Positions 55,710-64,000 of a stretch of DNA of 64,000 nt are shown one piece after another (position 1 is the first letter of the stretch; the number at the start of each line of letters is the position of its first letter). This DNA comes from Octopus vulgaris. Lineage: Eukaryota. The notes beneath the pieces are model-generated. The model saw nothing but the letters and a program-made list of their open reading frames with translations. It made no database searches and was not told the origin of the DNA. The position numbers and the translations under genes are program-made. The DNA lies in contig OX597823.1 in the NCBI GenBank assembly GCA_951406725.2, positions 108,190,001 through 108,254,000 of the forward strand. The letters are read 5' to 3'.

Positions 55710-55710
<1 letters not shown>
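55498..55710 (+). mobile_element. H1 element in (TA)n with hammerhead at 55576-55613
   Basis: TCTTT-CTGTTGA-A-GAGC(GTAG)GCTC-GAAA-CG-TA-AAAGA. Confidence 0.8.
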
Positions 55711-55739
<29 letters not shown>

Positions 55740-55741
<2 letters not shown>

Positions 55742-56237
55742 TAGTGAAGCATGAGCTTTGAATGTTGAGCCTCACAGAAGCAATGACAGGAGACCGGACC
55801 CTTTGGAGATAAGCTGTGATTGAGAAGACCCAGAAACTAAAGTGAAATTGTAGCCATGGCTGATGCCAATGTTGCATGTCCAATCCATTTAAAAGTACCC
55901 TTGATGCGTTGGGTGATATGATATGCTTGAGAAGACCTGTTGAGTCAAGTAAAATCAAAATCGTAGCTGTAGCCAGTGCCCCTTGACTGGCTCCTGTGCC
56001 TGTAGCACGTAAAAAGCACTATCCGAACATGATCGATGCCAGGCCTGCCTGACTGGCTCCTGTGCTGGTGGTGCATAAAAAGCACCCACTACACTCTTGG
56101 AGTGGTTGGCATTAGGAAGGGCATCCAGCTGTAGAAACATTGCCAGATCAGATTGAAGCCTGGTACAGTTGCTGTCCAATTCTGTCCAAGTCAGCATGGA
56201 AAACAGATGTTAAGCGATGATGATGATGATGATGATG
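55740..56237 (+). mobile_element. Family D element, long copy
   Basis: Homologous to 21015-21628, with a (GAT)n tail. Confidence 0.8.
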
Positions 56238-56770
56238 AACTCAGAACATAGCGCAGGCAAAATACTGCTAAGCATTTTGTCCTGCGTGCTAACAATTCTG
56301 CCAGTTCTCCACCTTAACTAAAACTACATAATATATTAACTCTGTTATGTTACAACCATGATGATTATCTTAATTGTTAGAAGAATCCATGAAAATTCCA
56401 TGTTTTGTAATGTTCTTATTTCTATTTTCATTCATAAATTTACAGATCTTAATAATATTGCTTCAATATGTTGAAGAATTCTAAGACTTTGATTTCCTTC
56501 TGTAGTTAAACTTATTGAAACTATAATTGTCAAACAGATGTCATTATGAACTGAATAATATATATGTCCAGGCATGGTGTGGGCTTCAAATTCAGTCTTC
56601 CTGCATGGTGTCTTGGGGAAGTGTTTTCTATCATAGCCTTAGGCTACCAAAGCCATATGAGCCGATTTGATAGACAGAAACTGAAAAATCTTATTGTATA
56701 AATACATGCATATATATATACATACATAGATACATGCATGCATGCATACATACATACATACATACATACA

Positions 56771-56802
<32 letters not shown>

Positions 56803-57735
56803 CTTTCAGCTTTATACTTATTATTATTGGAGCAACAGGATACATACCGACCCATCTGGAGCAAAGTATAGCTGAACTTGGGACCTTGAGGGGAAGATGT
56901 GAATCCTAAGTTCATATGCCACAAGTGATTATGATATCTGGGACTATAAAATTTGTGAAACCTTCTTAGGATATAAAGGATGATGGCTAAATCAAGATGT
57001 TTTCCTTCACAACCTTGCTACCAAGTCGGTGGCCATGTGTGTAAGTGTATATGTGTGTGAATGTGCTTGTGCCCCCTTGTTTTGAAATTGCACTCTAGAT
57101 ATAAAACAAGCGTCACTGACATACAAGCATTTGCAATCTTCTGTGAAGTTGTTCAGCCCTGGATAAATATTACCTGGTTTTGAAATAGGTGAAAGTTGGT
57201 GACAGGAAGAGCATCTGACTATAGAACACCTGCCCCAGTGAATTTCATCTGACCCATGCAAGCATAGTAAAGTAGGTTAGAATAGTGCTGATGGTTCTGA
57301 TGGTCGTTTCTACCACAAGTAATAATGAATGAGCAATGGCCAAACCTTTTGTGGCTGGGGACAGTCAGTAGCTTATTCCACAAATATTTTTTATCTATTT
57401 CTGGAAAAACGAAATGCAAAAGTTGACCCTAACTGGATTTGAACCCAGAATACAAAGATATGTAACTAAACACTCCAAAGCATTTAATTCAATATTCTAT
57501 GGGTGATATTTCTACTTTCCAGCCCAGATCTTTTATATTTTATATTTATTTTGGTTATTGGACTGTGGCCATGCTGTAGCACTGTTTTGAAGGGTTTAGT
57601 CAAGCAAATCAACACTTGTACTTATGTCTTCTAAGTATGATACTTATTTTATCAGTGTCTTTTGCCAAACTGTTAAGTTATGGGTATGTAAACAAGCCAG
57701 CACCAGTTGCCAAGTGGTAGTGGTAGCAAACACAT

Positions 57736-57780
<45 letters not shown>

Positions 57781-58583
57781 TGGGCTTCTACATACATAAT
57801 TTCCATCCAATAAACTCACTCACAAGGCACTGGTCAGCCAAGCGCTTTAGTAAAAGACACTTGCCCAAAGTGCCACACAATGGTATTGAACCTAAAACCA
57901 TGTGGTTGCAAATCATACTGCTTAATCACACTGCCATGCCTTTGGAAATCAAAAAGAAGAAAAAAAGAAACGTTTTAACAAATAATTAAACCCAAAATAA
58001 CCAGAGGAAGATTTGAACTCACTCCTCTTCATATCAGATTCAATTCTTCAGTAAAAACTTCTACAGAAATTACTAAACTACTAAGACCACCTTTGCCTTT
58101 TTACTATAAATTCTTAGCATTGAAAAACCTAACTCTATTATTTTACCATTTTCAATTCTCTGAACAGTTGTAGGAACTTTGCCAAAGTCTCTTTCCATTT
58201 TTATATCTGCTGCTTTTTCCCCTTCTTTCTTTCCTTCCTTCTTTCTTTCTTTTATTTGTTTTTATGTTCTTTTCTATTTTTATCTTCATATTTTTCTTGT
58301 CTTATATTCATTTTATTTTTTTGTCCTTGTTATGTGCCATATTTCTACCAACATATGAATTATTTCAACTGGGTAGTTATTGAAGAACATGCATGTACAC
58401 AGCAACTCATATACCCATGTATATTTGTATACACACCAAGTATAATGTATAGAGATATATGCTTGCATACACACCACACATAACAAATAAACATGCATTC
58501 TCATATACACATCACAGAGAGCATATGTACTCATATGTCCTTTAATTTTCTATAGTCATGATAGCTAAAGGCCATGTTGGAGC

Positions 58584-58586
<3 letters not shown>

Positions 58587-58625
<39 letters not shown>

Positions 58626-58675
58626 CATCCATCCATCCATCCATCCATCCATCCATCCATCTATCCTATCCATCC

Positions 58676-58735
<60 letters not shown>
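58587..58735. repeat. (TCTA)n/(TCCA)n microsatellite
   Basis: Direct inspection. Confidence 0.95.
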
Positions 58736-58831
58736 GTTCGTCTGTCTGTCTATCATTCTTGTTATCTCTTTCTCTCTCCCTCTCTCTTTCTATATATATT
58801 TATATGTATGTATACATATATATGTATATTA

Positions 58832-59260
58832 AGGCGTGGAAGTGGCGGTGTGGTAAGTAGCTTGCTTATGAACCACATGGTTCTGGGTTCAGTCAAACTG
58901 CGTGGCACCTTGGGCAAATGTCTTCTGCTATAGCCTCGGGCCGACAAAAGCTTTGTGAGTGGATGTGGTAGACGGAAACTGAAAGAAGCCCGTCGTATAT
59001 ATGTATATATATGTATACATACATATATATATATGTATGTGTGTGTCTGTTTATATGTTTGTGTGTCTGTGGTTGTTTCCCCAACATCGCTTGACAACCA
59101 ATGCTGGTATGTTTACGTCCCCGTAACTTAGCGGTTCGGCAAAAGAGACTGATAGAATGAGTACTACGCTTACAAAGAATAAGTCCAGGGGTCGATTTGC
59201 TCGTCCAGGGGTCGATTTGCATGGCCACAGTCAAATGACCGAAACAAGTAAAGAAAGAGT
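58832..59260 (+). mobile_element. SINE family A, full length
   Basis: Homologous to 6255-6645. Internal duplication of GTCCAGGGGTCGATTTGC. Confidence 0.9.
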
Positions 59261-59399
59261 ATATATATATATGTGTGTGTGTGTATACATATATTTATAT
59301 ATATATACATATACGTATATATGTGTATACATACATGCATACATACATACACACACATACATGCATATATGATTTATAATAGGACCATAATATTCTAAG

Positions 59400-59870
59400 A
59401 GAGAGGCTAACAGAGAATAGACTTCAAATGCTGCCAATGCACAGATATGTTCACCTCTAAGGACAGCCATAAAATGGATTCTTTCAAATGCTTCGAGAGC
59501 TCCTTAAATGTATCTGAATAACTTTTGTTATCAAATTCTTGTAGGTGTTGTTCAGTGGATGTTCTGAAATCACAATAACCAGAGTGAGACTGGACTGGGG
59601 AAAGATTAACAAGTCATTGTTGCTGCTTGTTAGAGTGAAGATCAGATTGTAAAATGCTTGTGTACAAACTGTTGTGCTGCATGGTAATGAGACGTGGGCC
59701 TTGAATTCAGAAGATTTCTAAATGTTTATGATGCGAGCATGTTGTGCTCAGTGTAATATTAGTGTGCATGACCAATTAAATAAAGCAAGCTTAAAGACAA
59801 TCAAGTGTAATATGCATATGATGATTATATGACTGTCTGCTCATGAACATGGAAGACTATTAATGACCAT
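59400..59870 (+). mobile_element. Decayed RTE-like LINE fragment
   Basis: ITRVRLDWGK...RVKIRL*NACVQTVVLHGNETWAL. Confidence 0.7.
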
Positions 59871-62800
59871 TTCCTATGCAAAATGCCAGCAAGGCTCATA
59901 CATGAAGTCAAAGGACCAGAGGCGGGCTTCATCCAGATGTACATTTGTGGTACCCATGCTTTTCAGGGTGCCCTCCTTCTCGGTTGGGTATTGGATAATT
60001 GCCTTGCCAGTGGTTGCAAAACCTAAAATATTATGTACAATAAGCCTTGCATAGAACCTCACAGACCCTCACAAACCTTCTCACCCTACTGACATGATCC
60101 AGAGACAAGCCGGGGCAAGATATCTAGTGCCAATATCTGTCACTGGCTCAAGAATGCTGCTGCACCATGATTTCAAGGGCATGCAAGAAAAACCACCAAA
60201 TGCTCAATGCCATTCTCTGCATATCTGGTTTTATATCAGAGTGACTTTTGCATAGAGCGCAAAGCTAAGGAATGCCTCATTCCTAGAGGTCTTCTAGCAG
60301 GCTGGATACCAACCCAGAATTTCTGAGGGCATATGCTATTGCAAAATACTCTTTGAACCTACACTGGGTTCATCTGCCCCTTTGACAGGTCTTGCTTCTT
60401 GTCCTGCTGGATTTTTAGCAACCTTTCTCACAAGGCGAGCCTGGTGGGGGTGTCGGTTTAATACCCAGTGACCCCAAATATACACACACATGTCAGTGTG
60501 TGTGTGGGTGTATATATATATTTATATATACATACATACATATATATATATATATATGATGATGATATATATATATATTGATAGATAGATAGTTAGATAC
60601 ATACCTACATACATACATGCCTGCATGCATACATACATACATACATACATACATACATACATACATACATACAAATATCATCAACTGACATAAAGTAATA
60701 GGTATATATTATGAGCGCTCAGTTAGGTCTACCACTAAAACTCCGGCTTGAACTGCAACTGAGAGTGTGGTGTTGAGACTGCTCATCAGAAGTGGCTAAA
60801 AGTGTTTGTTTTTTTCTTGAGGAGGTAGTTATAGACTGAAGTAAAAATTAAAAAGCAAAACGTTTAGCATCACTTGAAAGGGACATTTAATTTAGACACG
60901 GAATATAAATATACAGAATCCCTTACAGTTGTTTTTAGACTAGTGAAGCATGTGGATCATCATATTGAGTAGAGATTACATAAGCTGAGTACTCTGTCAT
61001 CAGAGAGATGTAAATATGAGGGAATGTCCCCAGTCATGGATATTAGTAAATTCCAGTTTGTCAAAAGCTGGGGAAGGGTTAGAGTAAATTATGCAAGTAT
61101 TTGTTAAGTCTATGATTAAATAAATAATAGTTATAGGTAATGTTCATTAGTGGCTTCAAATGAGAATGTTCGATGATAACACATGGCAAATATATATACA
61201 TATATTTATAAAGGTATACACATATATGTATATGAATATGTATGTATAAGGAAATATGTATATTTTTGAAAATATTTATATGTCTGTATATATAGGCATA
61301 TGTATGTATTTAGTTTATGTACATGTGTGCATACGTTTGTGAGTATATGCATATATAAAGGTATTCATATATATATATGTATATATATGTACACAGCTGT
61401 ATGCATACATTTATACACACACACAAACATATACACACATTATATACATATATATTTTATAGTATATAAAACAAAAAAAGTTTTTCTATTTTTGAAATGA
61501 AATTATTTAATTATCTCATTATTTCATTTGATTAAATAATAGAAATAACAATCTACAGCATACCATTGGTATGTGTGTATGTGTGTGTATGTGTGTGTGT
61601 GTGTGTGTGTATGTGTGTGTGTGTATATATATATGCATGTGTATAAGTTTGCATATTTGTGTATATATGTGTCTGTGAATGTGTGCATACATATATATGC
61701 ATGCACATATGTATGTGTATATGTTGTATGCTGGTATGCATGTATACGTGTGCATATATGTCTGTGCATGCTTGTGCATGTCTCTCTATCTGTATGTATG
61801 TTTATATGTGCACGTCTCTCTTTGCATATATTTGTGCATACATTTCATATATGTGCTTGACTGTAATATATCGATAAATACTTATTCATACACACTTATA
61901 CATTTATACAGCATGGAAAATACACACACATGCACACACACATATACATATATGCACATGCACTCATATGTATATGCATACATGTAAATTTACTCTCGCA
62001 TATAAGGCTAAGTACATACATCATGCATATAAAGTCATACTCTGTCTAACACATACACACACATATTCATATATATATATATATATACACATATATGTAT
62101 ATGAATATTTATATGTATGTTGTGTGTGCTTATTTATATACATCCATCCATATACATCTATCTACATATTTTAGATCATAAATTTGTGATAGATCATAAA
62201 TTTCAGCTAAGTTTTAATGGCTCTGGCCTTAGAACAAGAAGAAAAAATATATAATGGATAAACAAAAGTGGAAACAAATATACTCGCGAATTTACTCACA
62301 CTCATACATATATATATATACATATATATATACATACATTCATGCATTCCAAAAGAAGTTCCAGGAGTAACCATCTTTGATACTATCGGTTTTTCTGGGA
62401 ATGGGCCAGAGATGGAGAGAATGTCGTCGTTATGGCACCCTGGCATTGCAAACAGCGTTTTCTCTTTAATCTATTTATTCTAAACTAAATTTGCTTTTGC
62501 AATATCCTCCCCCTTTCATACCAACCTCCCTCTAATCCTAAAACCACAACCAAAATGGAAGATGGAGCTAGGGGTGTGAGTGGGTGGTGTTGTAGTGCTT
62601 GGTTGAGTAGGGGGAGCTGTTTGATAGAGCGGTGTGTGTGTGTGTGTGTGTATTCTTGAAGAAGATTGTAGTTTGGTATGGTGTAGTGTTGTGAGAAAGT
62701 AGTGGCAGATGTGGTAGTGAGATGGTTGTGGACAAGCCTGTGTGTATGGAAGTGGTGGAAGAATTAGGTGTTAGTGTAGCAGTGTTGTTGTTATTTAGCC

Positions 62801-63169
62801 CCTGGTCAGCTCTGTGCTGACCTAGATCAACTGTGTCCCAGCCATGACTTTCTGGTTCTTGTTTTCAAACATAATGCATCTAGCACTGCCGTATTCAATT
62901 CAGTAGAATATAATTTAAGGAAGATTTGGCTGTTGTTTTGTGTACAATGAGCAAACACTAATGGTGGACAGAGTAAATTTTATTCATGATGTTGGTATTA
63001 CACAGGGATTAATGTGTTTGGAACAAGTTCACAGGTATGGCTATGTGGTTATGTAGTTCACATTGCAATTGTTTAGTTTCAGGTTCAATCTAACATCACA
63101 GCTGATTGGGCTAGGGTCACCTACATAGCATAGTCCAATACCTTGTAAAACCTGCTCAGAAGCTCATTG

Positions 63170-63288
63170 GATATACATACATACACACACAGACACATAC
63201 ATACATACATACATACATACATACATACATGCACGCACATACATACATCCATACATACATACATACATATACATACATGCACACACAT

Positions 63289-63320
<32 letters not shown>

Positions 63321-63505
63321 GCACATACATACATACACACACATACATACATACATACATACATACATGCATACATACATAAATACATGCATGCATACAT
63401 ACATACACACACGTACACATACATACATACATACATACATAAATACATGCATGCATACACACACATACATACATACACACACACATACATACATACATAT
63501 ATACA

Positions 63506-63539
<34 letters not shown>

Positions 63540-63590
63540 CATACATACATACATACATACATATTTACACACATATATAAATGCATGTAT
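63170..63590. repeat. (CATA)n microsatellite
   Basis: Direct inspection. Confidence 0.95.
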
Positions 63591-63955
63591 GTGTGTATAG
63601 GTGAGTGCATGGTATTGGTTAAAGTGGAACTGTGGCAGTACGAGATGGTAACTTTGCATTTCTGGAAGAACACAAGATCCCTTTAGAATGTGGGTTTCCC
63701 ATTTCATGAAGAAATTGAAGAAAATATCAGAAAAGTCAGAAACTGTGTTATGAACCAAAATAGAAGAAATAAGAGAAAGAAGATAGAAAATAAAGAAAGG
63801 AAGGAATAAAGAAAGAAGAGAGAAAGAAAAATAGGAATGAAGAAATAATGAAATAATAAAAACAGGGGGAAAACACAAGACTAAAACAATGTTAAGAAAC
63901 GTGAAATAATTATTGATGTGAGAGAGGATTTGTCTGTTGTATAGTGCATACACTC

Positions 63956-63996
<41 letters not shown>

Positions 63997-64000
63997 CATA

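Noticed and set aside
60380-60476. Possible HDV-like ribozyme at a putative LINE 5' end
   Set aside because: The P1 and P2 pairings could not be fitted by eye.
60730-60800. CTGATGA with CCACT/AGTGG stem (minus), and the GGCCAC/GTGGCC hairpin at 55363-55387
   Set aside because: No GAAA core in the required position, so too degenerate to call as hammerheads.

Overview
AT-rich, microsatellite-dense eukaryotic DNA with no recognisable intact host gene. The tRNA-derived SINE families resemble those of octopus; this is recognition from memory, not a database result. The window is a mosaic of SINEs, TTAA-flanked MITEs, a solo LTR and decayed autonomous elements (mariner x2, hAT-Charlie, Chapaev3-like, CR1-group, RTE, R4/Dong-like, Penelope GIY-YIG). 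Nearly all long ORFs in the track are microsatellite artefacts. The most notable signal is a set of short non-coding elements carrying type I hammerhead ribozyme motifs. At least five unrelated families are present, often embedded in (TA)n tracts, and some lie at perfect fold-back palindromes. Two core variants stand out: a compensatory U3-A8 pair and an A6U change shared by three copies. These are most likely Penelope-derived or retrozyme-like elements. All folds and coordinates were read by eye, and element boundaries are approximate.
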